A stretch of DNA of 64,000 nt, from positions 32,001 through 96,000 of the forward strand of contig JAYZFK010000094.1 of NCBI GenBank assembly GCA_036336835.1. The letters are read 5' to 3'. Below the pieces are notes generated by a model. The model did not search any database. It worked only from the letters and a program-made list of their open reading frames with translations, and was not told the DNA's origin. The translations under genes were made by a program, and so were the position numbers. The DNA is from Myxococcota bacterium (GTDB lineage Bacteria > Myxococcota_A > UBA9160 > UBA4427). Each line of letters begins with the position of its first letter. Within the stretch, counting starts at the first letter, position 1. Positions 9,486-18,332 of the stretch are shown one piece after another.

Positions 9486-9905
9486 ATGGGCCGCTGGGAC
9501 TGGGTGGGACGCGTCCACCTCGCCATCTACCGCCGCAGCGATGGACGAATCGGCCACCGGCTGGCGGGCAAGCCCATACTCCTGCTCACCTCTCGCGGTC
9601 GACGAAGTGGAGTGCTTCGCACGACACCGCTGCTCTACTATCCCGACGCCGACGACTGTCCGGTGATCGTCGCCAGCAACGGCGGCCAGGGCCACGATCC
9701 GGCGTGGTGTCACAATCTGCGGGCGGATCCGCGGGCCATCATCCAGATCGGACGCGAGCACTTCGAGGCGCGCGCCGAGTTCGCCGACCCCGCTGAGCGC
9801 GGGCGCCTGTGGCCGCTGCTCGAGGCGTACAACCCGCCCTACCGCACGTACGCCCGGCGAACCGAGCGCGACATTCCGGTGATTCTGCTGCGCCGGCTGG
9901 CCTGA
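9486..9905 (+). CDS. Deazaflavin (F420)-dependent nitroreductase family protein (Ddn-like)
   Basis: LLLTSRGRRSGVLRTTPL, VASNGG..DPAW.HNLRADP and Y..Y...TERDIPV. Confidence 0.9.
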   Translation: MGRWDWVGRVHLAIYRRSDGRIGHRLAGKPILLLTSRGRRSGVLRTTPLLYYPDADDCPVIVASNGGQGHDPAWCHNLRADPRAIIQIGREHFEARAEFADPAERGRLWPLLEAYNPPYRTYARRTERDIPVILLRRLA

Positions 9906-9914
9906 CGGGGCCGC

Positions 9915-10907
9915 TCACAACATCAGCGCCGCTCGTTCGATGCACCAGTAGGCGGCCAGCGAGCCGATCACGTAGGCGGGCACCCGAGCCAGCAGCGGCG
10001 GGACGAGCGCCAGTCGCTCGCCTGCCAACACAATCCCAGCGACCAGCGGGACGACGATCATCAACTGGCCCAGCTCGACACCGATGTTGAACGACAGCAA
10101 TGCCAGCGGGATGTCACCCTGGGGCAGCCCGATCTCGTTGAGCGCCCCCGCGAAACCGAATCCGTGGAGCAGTCCAAAGCCGAAGGCCATCGCCCAGGGC
10201 CAGCGCCTCAGCCAGCTCACGCCGTCGTCGCGGCGAGCCAACTCCGCTCCGAGGAGCAGGATGCTGAACGCGATCGCGAGCTCGAACAGGAGGGTCGGCA
10301 CGCGTACCCACCCGAGCGTCGCAAACGACAGCGTGACCGAGTGCCCGAGCGTAAACGACGTGACGGTCGCGACCAGCGCTCGCCAGCCCGAGACGAGCAA
10401 TACCAGCCCGATCACGAACAGCACGTGATCCAGTCCCGTCAACAGGTGCTCGACACCGAGGCCGACGTAGTCCCGCGCCACCGACATGGTGCTCTCGCGC
10501 GCCGGAACGAGGAAGACGGCCTGCCCAGCATTGACGAGGCCCCGAACCGAGCGCCCATCGGCGAGTCGCACGTGGATCAAGGCATCGGTCCGGCTGCGCT
10601 CGAGCCCGCTCACAGCCAGTGTGTGACCCACCAGACCCTGCTCGCCACAATCGACGCGCCAGCTCTCGCTGACCTGGCTGTCACCGACGGTGACCCGAGG
10701 CGCATCGAGAGCCTGGCAGTGCGGCGGAAGGACCGGACGCAGCTCGCTGCCGGTCGGCTGCAGTCGCGACAACTTCCAGCGCACTGCGACCTCGCCCGTG
10801 GGCTCGGCTTCGAGCGCCAGCAGCGCCGGAGCCAACGGATGGGAGGAGGCTCCGCCAGCAATGCAGCCGCACAAGGCGGTGATGGTAAGCGTGCGGCGGA
10901 CGCTCAC
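9915..10907 (-). CDS. HupE/UreJ family membrane protein with N-terminal periplasmic domain
   Basis: Signal peptide followed by His; HLLTGLDHVLF, FTLGHSVT, FGLLHGFGFA and FNIGVELGQ; GTGA overlap with the upstream gene. Confidence 0.88.
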   Translation of the reverse strand: MSVRRTLTITALCGCIAGGASSHPLAPALLALEAEPTGEVAVRWKLSRLQPTGSELRPVLPPHCQALDAPRVTVGDSQVSESWRVDCGEQGLVGHTLAVSGLERSRTDALIHVRLADGRSVRGLVNAGQAVFLVPARESTMSVARDYVGLGVEHLLTGLDHVLFVIGLVLLVSGWRALVATVTSFTLGHSVTLSFATLGWVRVPTLLFELAIAFSILLLGAELARRDDGVSWLRRWPWAMAFGFGLLHGFGFAGALNEIGLPQGDIPLALLSFNIGVELGQLMIVVPLVAGIVLAGERLALVPPLLARVPAYVIGSLAAYWCIERAALML

Positions 10908-11866
10908 GAACGGGGATCCCCGGCTGCCGACAGGTCGACCGCATAGCGTTCGCGCAGCGTCGCCAGTCGAGCCTCGAGTACCTCGGCATTGCGGTCGGCC
11001 TGCAGCGACGATAACGCCGAGCGTCGGACCGTATCGAGCTCGGGCTCTCGCGCCGGCTGGCGCTCGTGCGGCCACACGAGATGCATGCCGTAGGCCGACT
11101 CGACCGGCCCTTGCCAGCTGCCCGGCTCGAGCGCGATCGCGCCGCGCGCGAACGTCGCCCCCAGCTGCCTGGCGAGCTGCGCCTCGCTCTGTAGGCCGAG
11201 TTCGGAGGGATGCAAGAATGGATCGCCGAGCTCGCGACCGGCCTTCGGCGACGTGCCCTCGCGTCGAACGCGCTCGAGCAGTGCTTGCGCGTCGTCCACC
11301 AGCGACCTCCCTCGGCGGTCGCGACTCAGATAGATGTGTGAGAGCCGCACGCGCTCGGGAATGCGATAGCGCTCGGGCCGACTCGCGACGTAGGCGCGCA
11401 GCTGATCGTCGCTCGGCGCCGCCCGCGGCGCGGTCGCCTCGAGCAGGAAGCGCATCTGCTGCACTAGTCGCCGGCGCACGACGATATCGCTGCGATCCAT
11501 CGCGAGCTCGAGTGCCGCGGCGTACAGCTCATCGTCGCTGCGCGGATCGTCCGGCTCGGCCAGGAAGCGCATGTTCCGGACCAGCCGCGAGCGCACCACC
11601 GGATCCACACGGTCGATCCCGATGCGGCGGGCCTCGCGGTACAGGATCTCTTCGTCTGCCCACAGCGCCGCTCTCGCAGCGAGCTCTCGCTCGCCCGGGG
11701 TCCGGCCGGTCTGAGCCACTGCTTCGCCCGCGAGCCGCTCGAGCGTCGCCCCGTCGAGCTCGATCGTGCCAAGTGGCCCCTCGTCCCGCACGAAGTCGGT
11801 ACGCACGCGATTGGCCGCGAATAGCAGCGCGCCGATCACAAGGAAGTGGAGCAGCGGACGGAGCAA
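10904..11866 (-). CDS. PpiC/rotamase-type peptidyl-prolyl isomerase-like protein
   Basis: N-terminal anchor RPLLHFLVIG, EEILYREA...D.VVR.RL repeats and WQGPVESAYGMHLV; TTG start after GGAGG is tentative. Confidence 0.8.
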   Translation of the reverse strand: MLRPLLHFLVIGALLFAANRVRTDFVRDEGPLGTIELDGATLERLAGEAVAQTGRTPGERELAARAALWADEEILYREARRIGIDRVDPVVRSRLVRNMRFLAEPDDPRSDDELYAAALELAMDRSDIVVRRRLVQQMRFLLEATAPRAAPSDDQLRAYVASRPERYRIPERVRLSHIYLSRDRRGRSLVDDAQALLERVRREGTSPKAGRELGDPFLHPSELGLQSEAQLARQLGATFARGAIALEPGSWQGPVESAYGMHLVWPHERQPAREPELDTVRRSALSSLQADRNAEVLEARLATLRERYAVDLSAAGDPRS

Positions 11867-11973
11867 GCGGCCTCCCGAAATGATGCCCAACTCCGGAGCG
11901 ATGAGTCGGTGGCCGCATTCTGAGGCAGCCTGCGCGCTGCGTCGAGGGCCCGTGCCGCCGGTATACTCCCGGC

Positions 11974-12513
11974 ATGCCCTACCACCACCTCGCGCTCGCG
12001 GTACACGACATGACCGCGATCGACTGCTTCTACCGCGAGGCGATGGGCTTCTCGCTCGAGCGCGTAGTAATCGCCAAGACGCCCGAAGGCGGCTGGGCCA
12101 AGCACTTCTTCTACGACGCAGGAGATGGAGAGCTGCTGGCATTCTGGGAGCTTCACGACGAGCAGATCGGCGATGACTTCGAGACCGGGCTCGCGGAAGC
12201 CGCCGGGCTCCCTCCCTGGGTCAACCACGTGGCCTTCAAGGCGAACACGATCGAGGAGCTCGAGCAGCGCTCCGAGCACTGGCTCGACTGCGGATACGAT
12301 GTGCTCGACATCGACCACGGCTGGTGCCATTCGATCTACACCACCGACCCGAACCGCACGCTCGTCGAGTGGTGCTGCACCACGGCTGAGCCCAGCGAAA
12401 CCGACCGGGCGCGCGCCCGGGAGGCGCTGGTCCGCGACGACCTGCCCTTCGACGAGGGACAGGCGCCCGTTCGCGTGCGCGAGTCGCCGAACGTGGCGCT
12501 CCACCGCCGCTGA
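11974..12513 (+). CDS. VOC (glyoxalase/bleomycin resistance/dioxygenase) family protein
   Basis: YHHLALAV, FY..AMGF, NHVAF and HGWCHSIYTTDPN..LVE. Confidence 0.88.
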   Translation: MPYHHLALAVHDMTAIDCFYREAMGFSLERVVIAKTPEGGWAKHFFYDAGDGELLAFWELHDEQIGDDFETGLAEAAGLPPWVNHVAFKANTIEELEQRSEHWLDCGYDVLDIDHGWCHSIYTTDPNRTLVEWCCTTAEPSETDRARAREALVRDDLPFDEGQAPVRVRESPNVALHRR

Positions 12514-12589
12514 GCGATGCGGCGACCCGACTCTCGCCCCCTGCACCCCACGAAGAGCAGCATCGCGAGCAAGCGGGTGTCCAATGGCG

Positions 12590-13210
12590 TTAGCTGGGCG
12601 GGGATTCTCCGAGCTCGCGCCGGGCCAGACGGTAGAGGGTCAACAGCCCGTTCAGGTCCGCTCGCGGGTCGAGCGCGACGAGTGAATCGAGAGCGCGCCC
12701 CTGGATCGCGGCCACCACGAGGTCGACGAAGGGGTCGAAGTCCGGATTGGTCTCGGCCGCCCCCGAAAACAGCGAGCGGGCTTCGAGACGCAGTGCGCTG
12801 CGCTGCGCGGCCGCAACCGGTTCGAGCGCCGCAGCGAGGTCGCGATCCGTGCGCGCCGCCACATACAGCTCCAGAGCCGCCAGCAGACGAGGCTCGCGAA
12901 AAGTGCGGTCGAGCAGGCGGAGGGCTCCCGCGATCGGGTCGTCCTCCCCCGCCGCCGTGTCGAAGGCGCGCCGGAGGTCGACGAGCAGCTCGGCGAACAG
13001 ATGATCGACCGTCGCCACCAGCAGGGCAGCCTTGGTCGGGAAGTGCTTGAACAGCGCGCCCTGGGAGACGCCAGCCGCCTGGCAGACGCCCGCGGTCGTG
13101 GTCGAGGCATAGCCGTGCTCGACCAGACAGCTGACGGCCGCATCGAGCAGACGCCGCCGCGTGGCGATGCTGCGAGCCTGGCGCGGTCGAATCCCGGGTA
13201 CGGTCGCCAT
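12590..13210 (-). CDS. TetR/AcrR family transcriptional regulator
   Basis: TRRRLLDAAVSCLVEHGYASTT..VCQAAGVSQGALFKHFPTKAAL. Confidence 0.93.
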   Translation of the reverse strand: MATVPGIRPRQARSIATRRRLLDAAVSCLVEHGYASTTTAGVCQAAGVSQGALFKHFPTKAALLVATVDHLFAELLVDLRRAFDTAAGEDDPIAGALRLLDRTFREPRLLAALELYVAARTDRDLAAALEPVAAAQRSALRLEARSLFSGAAETNPDFDPFVDLVVAAIQGRALDSLVALDPRADLNGLLTLYRLARRELGESPPS

Positions 13211-13233
13211 CGGTTGGAGCAGCGTAGCAAAAG

Positions 13234-13282
13234 AAAGCAAGTAGTCGCTTTTTACTGGTAGAAAAAAGCGTGTTCTCGCTTT
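13234..13282. promoter_or_regulatory. Tandem palindromic operators AAAGCR-N6-CGCTTT (probable TetR sites)
   Basis: AAAGCA-AGTAGT-CGCTTT (13234-13251) and AAAGCG-TGTTCT-CGCTTT (13265-13282), 31 bp apart, in an AT-rich island just upstream of tetR. Confidence 0.7.
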
Positions 13283-13353
13283 CTTTTTACTCGACGCGGC
13301 GCGGTACCATCCGGTCGGCCCCACGGCGCCAACGGCCAGAGGAGCAGAGGCGT

Positions 13354-15645
13354 TTGGAGACTCGGAGCGGCCTTCCGGGCTGGGCACCTGCACTCGCCGC
13401 GGCCCTGGGCCTGAGCGGCCTGATCGCCTGGCGCTACGGCCCAATCCTGCTCGGCCTGGAGTCGAGCTTTGCCGACTTCGACGCGCTCCACGCCGGGCGA
13501 CAGCTGACCGAGGCAGCGGACTCGCGGCTCAATGCGTGGATCCTCGACTGGGTGCAGCGCAGCATCCTGTCGGCGCCGCTCGGGATCCTCGACACGAACG
13601 CCTTCTACCCGGCCGGCGGCACGTTGACCGGTTCCGAGCACCTGCTCGGGGTCGCGGTCCAGACGCTGCCATTTCGGCCGCTGCTGTCGGGTGCCGTCGG
13701 GCTGCATCAGCTCGCGCTCGTGCTGTCGGCCGTCGGGCTGGCAGCCACCAGCTTCCTGGCGGTTCGCGGCTGGACAGGCTCGAGCACAGCCGGCTTCGCC
13801 GCGGGGGCGGCAGCGGTGATGATGCCCTGGCGTCTGACGGAGATCTCGCACCTGCAGCTGGCCAGCGTGCAGTGGTTCCCGTTGATCTGGTGGCTGCTGG
13901 TGCGCGCCGTGTATCGCTCTCCCGGCCGAGGAGAGCAGGCGGTCCTGGTCATCGCGGTCGCGCTCCAGCTGCTGTCGTCCTTCTACCTGGCCTACTTCCT
14001 CTCCTTCAGCTGCGGGCTGCTGCTAGCTCTGATCGGCTTCGGCGACGCTACGCGGCGCGCGCGACTGCCTCGGATCGCCGCCTGCCTCGCTCCGGGCTAT
14101 GCCCTGCTCGGGCTGACTGCCCTGCCCTACCTCGCTCGCCAGGCGTCCGACCTCCGACCGGGCTTCGACCCCGCCCTCTCGTTCGGGCTCGAGCGCACCT
14201 TTGGGCTCGCCCTGCCTCGCCTGCCGGGCTGGCTCGCCGGGACCTCGACACCACCCCTGGCGCCCGCTGCGGCCTTCGACCTGCCGGCCGGCGTACTCGT
14301 CCTGGCGCTCGTTGCGGGGGTGGCCGCGTGGACCCGACGCCCCGCGTCCCGGCGATCCGCCTGGACGCCGGAGCTGCGCGGCGCGGTCGTCGGACTGTGG
14401 GCCGTGTCACTGCTGGGGTTCGTCTTCGCTCTAGGTGGCAGCATCGAGTTCTTCGGACGGCGAGTACCTCTTCCCTCCCGATTGTTCGCAGCCGTGCTTC
14501 CGGGGTTCGAGATGCTGCGCGGTCCCGTGCGCTGGTGGATCGTCACCAGCGTGGCAATGCCGCTGCTGGCCGGCATCGGCGTGGCCGCGCTCGAACGGCC
14601 CCGACACGGCCTGGCACGCATCGCGACTCTCGCGCTGGTCCTCGGTGGGCTCGCCGCGAGTCTCCAGTGGTTCTCCGTCCCCGCCCGGGCCGCCTGGGAC
14701 GATCCCGACGCCACACAACGGCGTTATGCCGCGCTCTCCGCGCTTCCTCCCGGACCGGTGGTCGAGGTGCCATTCGCTGGACCGCTGCAATCCATCGAGC
14801 TCGGATCGCGCGCACTGCTCGCGAGCACGTTGCACTGGCGCCCACTGGTGAATGGCTACACGGGCTATCCTCCGCCGAGCCATCCGCTGCTCCAGCGCCT
14901 CGGAGCTCGCCTGCCAGAGCGCGAGGTGATCCTGCAGCTCGGCCGCCTCACCGGGGTGCGCTACTTCGTCGTCGATCAGCGCGATCTCGCGCCGCGCGAG
15001 ATCGCGCTCTGGCACCGACACGACGCGGAGGGCCTGCTCACCACCCGCTTCGCCGACTCCACTCATCGCATCTACGAGCTGCGCGCGTCCGCCGCGAGCG
15101 GCAGCGCGATCGACGGGCTGCTCGCCGCGAAGCCGGGCCCGACGACGGCCGAGGGGGTGCCCCGAACCCCTCTCGCGCTCGCTGGCGACAGCGCCGAGCT
15201 CGTCGCGCGGATTCCCCCGAGACAGGCCGCAGGCACCGAGAATCCGCTGTCACTGCGCGTCGCGAACCACAGCTCGGTCGCCTGGGCGGGACTGGACGTG
15301 CACCACGAGGGGCTCGTACTGCTCCGCTACACCTGGCGCGAGGCAGACAGCGATCTCGCACTCGAGACGGGCGTGCTGAACCTCGATCGCGACCTCGCCC
15401 CAGGGCATACATTCTCTGGGCAGCTGTGGCTGCGGGCGCCGATGCGCGAGGGACCGCACGACCTGTGCCTGGATCTCGTGCAGCAACAGGACGGGCAGCT
15501 GATCGCGCTGGGGGCCCCGGCTGTCCAGCAACGCGTCGAGATCGCTCGGCGCCCGGGCATGCACGAGCTCCACGGGCTCCGCGACGAGTATGCGCTCCGT
15601 GCTGCCCAGCCAGCGCCCTGCCGCCCGTCGCAGTCGGGCGCTTGA
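13354..15645 (+). CDS. Large polytopic membrane protein, GT-C/YfhO-like, with C-terminal Ig-like domain
   Basis: D..LNAWILDW, NAFYP...L.GSEHLLG, many TM helices, HWRPLVNGYTGYPP and a beta-rich C-terminus; TTG start after GAGG is tentative (ORF 13270..15645). Confidence 0.7.
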   Translation: METRSGLPGWAPALAAALGLSGLIAWRYGPILLGLESSFADFDALHAGRQLTEAADSRLNAWILDWVQRSILSAPLGILDTNAFYPAGGTLTGSEHLLGVAVQTLPFRPLLSGAVGLHQLALVLSAVGLAATSFLAVRGWTGSSTAGFAAGAAAVMMPWRLTEISHLQLASVQWFPLIWWLLVRAVYRSPGRGEQAVLVIAVALQLLSSFYLAYFLSFSCGLLLALIGFGDATRRARLPRIAACLAPGYALLGLTALPYLARQASDLRPGFDPALSFGLERTFGLALPRLPGWLAGTSTPPLAPAAAFDLPAGVLVLALVAGVAAWTRRPASRRSAWTPELRGAVVGLWAVSLLGFVFALGGSIEFFGRRVPLPSRLFAAVLPGFEMLRGPVRWWIVTSVAMPLLAGIGVAALERPRHGLARIATLALVLGGLAASLQWFSVPARAAWDDPDATQRRYAALSALPPGPVVEVPFAGPLQSIELGSRALLASTLHWRPLVNGYTGYPPPSHPLLQRLGARLPEREVILQLGRLTGVRYFVVDQRDLAPREIALWHRHDAEGLLTTRFADSTHRIYELRASAASGSAIDGLLAAKPGPTTAEGVPRTPLALAGDSAELVARIPPRQAAGTENPLSLRVANHSSVAWAGLDVHHEGLVLLRYTWREADSDLALETGVLNLDRDLAPGHTFSGQLWLRAPMREGPHDLCLDLVQQQDGQLIALGAPAVQQRVEIARRPGMHELHGLRDEYALRAAQPAPCRPSQSGA

Positions 15646-15677
15646 CCTGCCGCTGGGCCCGCGGGTAGAAAGACCGC

Positions 15678-16925
15678 ATGCCACCGACCACGAGCACCAC
15701 CACGAGCGATTACGATCCGTTCGAAGAGTTCAGCCGAGCCCAGGGCGCGGGTGAAATCGACGATCCCTACCCCGACTTCGCGCGCTACCGCGCGGCCAGC
15801 CCGCTGGTCGAGATCGACCCCGCGACGGGCGAGATCGTGGAGCCCGGTTCGCCGCGGGACACCCCGACCGGCTTCGCGGCCGTGTCCTATGACGCGGTGC
15901 AGGAGGTGCTGCGCGACGGCGAGCGTTTCTCATCGGCGATGTACCGCGCGACCATGGGCCCCGTGATGGGACACTCGATCCTCGAGATGGACGAGCCCGA
16001 ACACGCACGCCATCGCGCTCTGATCCAGCAGGCCTTCACCAAACGCGCGCTCGAGCGCTGGGAGCACGATCTCGTGCGGCCGACGATCGACGCCCTGATC
16101 GATCGCATCGCCGAGCGCGGGCGAGCCGACCTGGTGCGCGAGCTCACGTTTCCCTTTCCGGTCATGGTGATTGCCGAGATGATCGGCCTCCCCGAGTCGC
16201 GCCTGGCCGATTTCCATCGCTGGGCGGTCGAGCTGATCAGCATCCAGATCGATCCCGAGCGCGGCATGGCCGGCTCACAGAATCTGCGCGCGCTGTTCGC
16301 CGAGGTACTCGCCGAACGGCGCGCCGAGCCGCGCCAAGACCTGATGAGTGTGCTGGCTGGGGCCGAGCTCGACGGACAGCAGCTCGATGACGAGTCGATC
16401 TTTGCCTTCCTACGCCTGCTCGCACCCGCCGGCGCCGAGACCACCTACCGCTCGTCGAGCAACCTGCTGGTCGGGCTGCTTGGCGACCCCGACTCGTGGG
16501 ATGCGGTGTCGAATGATCGATCGCTAGTCGCGAACGCAATCGAAGAGGGCCTCCGCTGGGAGTGCCCGCTCACCGGAATCATCCGCACTGCGACGCGCGA
16601 CACGGAGGTCTGCGGCGTACCGGTCGCCGACCAGACCGCGATCCTCGTGAACCTCGGCTCGGCCAACCACGACGAGGCGAAGTTCGCCAGCCCCCGGCGG
16701 TTCGACGTGCGACGGCCCAACGCGCGTCAGCATCTCGCCTTTGCCTTCGGCCCGCACCGCTGCCTCGGCCAGCATCTGGCGATCATGGAAACGAGGGTTC
16801 TGCTCGAACAGCTGTTCACCCGGCTGCCGAACCTGCGACTCGACCCCGAGGCGCCGGCGCCCGCGATCACGGGCCTGATGTTCCGCTCGCCACCGAAGCT
16901 CGAGGTCGTCTTCGACCCGCGCTAA
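15678..16925 (+). CDS. Cytochrome P450
   Basis: I-helix AGAETT, ExxR (EGLR) and heme-ligand motif FAFGPHRCLG. Confidence 0.97.
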   Translation: MPPTTSTTTSDYDPFEEFSRAQGAGEIDDPYPDFARYRAASPLVEIDPATGEIVEPGSPRDTPTGFAAVSYDAVQEVLRDGERFSSAMYRATMGPVMGHSILEMDEPEHARHRALIQQAFTKRALERWEHDLVRPTIDALIDRIAERGRADLVRELTFPFPVMVIAEMIGLPESRLADFHRWAVELISIQIDPERGMAGSQNLRALFAEVLAERRAEPRQDLMSVLAGAELDGQQLDDESIFAFLRLLAPAGAETTYRSSSNLLVGLLGDPDSWDAVSNDRSLVANAIEEGLRWECPLTGIIRTATRDTEVCGVPVADQTAILVNLGSANHDEAKFASPRRFDVRRPNARQHLAFAFGPHRCLGQHLAIMETRVLLEQLFTRLPNLRLDPEAPAPAITGLMFRSPPKLEVVFDPR

Positions 16926-16934
16926 CCCGCTCGA

Positions 16935-17675
16935 TCAGCCCTTGAGATCGTCGTCGATCATGCGCTTGAAGTTGGCGAACGGCTGCGCCCCCGACAGGAA
17001 TCGCCCATTGATGAAGAACGCCGGGGTGCCAGTCACACCGAGCTTCTGGGCCTCGGACAGATCCGCGTCCACGCGATCCTTCACGGCCCGCGAAGCCAGA
17101 TCCTGCTTGAAACGTTCGACGTCGAGGCCGATCTCCTTCGCCCATGCTTCGTACTGCGCATCGGACAGCAGGCGTTGCCCTGCGAAGATCTTGTCGTGCA
17201 TGGCCCAGAACTGCCCCTGGAGCTTGGCGGCCTCGGCGGCAGCATGAGCGGCCGGCGCCTTCGAATGGATCGCGAGCGGCATGTGCTTGAACACGATGCG
17301 CACGTCGTCGCCGTACTCCTGGCGCAAGCGCAGCAGTGTGGGATAGACGCGCGAGCAGTACGGGCACTGAAAATCCGAGAACTCGACTACGGTGACCTTC
17401 GCTGTCTCCGGTCCGAGCGCCGGCGCACCAGCGGTCGCCAGTGAGTAGACCTTGGCCGGATCCGGCCCGCGGCGCCGAGGCTCCGCAGCACGCGCCGGGG
17501 CGGCCTTGGCGAGCGTTTCTCCGAGATCGCTGACGGCTTCGCTAAGCGCGCCCTCGACCTCGGACAGCGTCGCGTTCGCGTCGTTTACGGCACTGGACAC
17601 CATCCAGGCGGCTGCAACGATCGAGCCGCCCAGGATCAGTGCCGCGGCAATCACGGTCGCTCCGAGTCGATCCAC
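16935..17675 (-). CDS. DsbA-family thioredoxin-fold protein, membrane anchored
   Basis: EFSDFQCPYC, cis-Pro GVTGTPAFFING and an N-terminal TM helix; GTG start after GGAGG. Confidence 0.92.
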   Translation of the reverse strand: MDRLGATVIAAALILGGSIVAAAWMVSSAVNDANATLSEVEGALSEAVSDLGETLAKAAPARAAEPRRRGPDPAKVYSLATAGAPALGPETAKVTVVEFSDFQCPYCSRVYPTLLRLRQEYGDDVRIVFKHMPLAIHSKAPAAHAAAEAAKLQGQFWAMHDKIFAGQRLLSDAQYEAWAKEIGLDVERFKQDLASRAVKDRVDADLSEAQKLGVTGTPAFFINGRFLSGAQPFANFKRMIDDDLKG

Positions 17676-18057
17676 CGGTCTTCCTCCAACCCGCGAGGGC
17701 GGGCCTGCTGGCGGCAATCTAGCAGCCCCTGAGCGGCCCAGGATCGAGCCGCTCCCCCTCACTCGCCGCTGCGAGGAGTCTCGAGAAGCGATTTCCGCGA
17801 GTTGAGCCCAACACGTAGTAGCTCCATGGGGCTGTTTCGTAACGCAGGGTACGTGGCCCTTGCGGCGGCTCGGCCCGCGGACTGCTCGAGTGGAACGCCC
17901 GCGGACGATCCCGCTTCGCCACGCTGCCCTGCGAGTCTGCGCACTCGCTGCGCGGCCGCTGCGCGGTTGCGTCTTCCGGGCGAGATCGACACGCGGATCG
18001 CCCTCCGCGCACACTGGAGCGACGTCACCCCGCAAGGCGAGCACGGCACTCACAACC

Positions 18058-18246
18058 ATGGCCAGTCTCAGAGCAAGCCAGCTTGACCCGAGGCGGGCGA
18101 GTGCGACGCTCGAGCGTCCGGATCCTCCCCGGGACGCCGTTCACCTGATGCGCCGCCGGCTGCTCGACCCCGGCCTCGACGCGCATGGCGTGCTCGCGCT
18201 GACGGACGCGATCCTCGCGCTCCAGCGTTCCGCCCACTTCGCCTGA
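18058..18246 (+). CDS. Possible small hypothetical protein (62 aa)
   Basis: ATG..TGA ORF in an otherwise empty gap; the second half has genome-like GC3 and an amphipathic helix (GVLALTDAILALQRS); no clear RBS. Confidence 0.35.
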   Translation: MASLRASQLDPRRASATLERPDPPRDAVHLMRRRLLDPGLDAHGVLALTDAILALQRSAHFA

Positions 18247-18332
18247 CCCCTGGCCGCCGAAACGGTCTCGTCCGGGCTCAGCCCGGTTCGGCCGCGCGCC
18301 GGACCCCCGGGTGGCCTACGCCTTCCAGCCAG

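Noticed and set aside
16935..17675. Selenocysteine or readthrough in the thiol oxidoreductases (DsbA, TlpA)
   Set aside because: Both have ordinary CxxC motifs with no in-frame TGA
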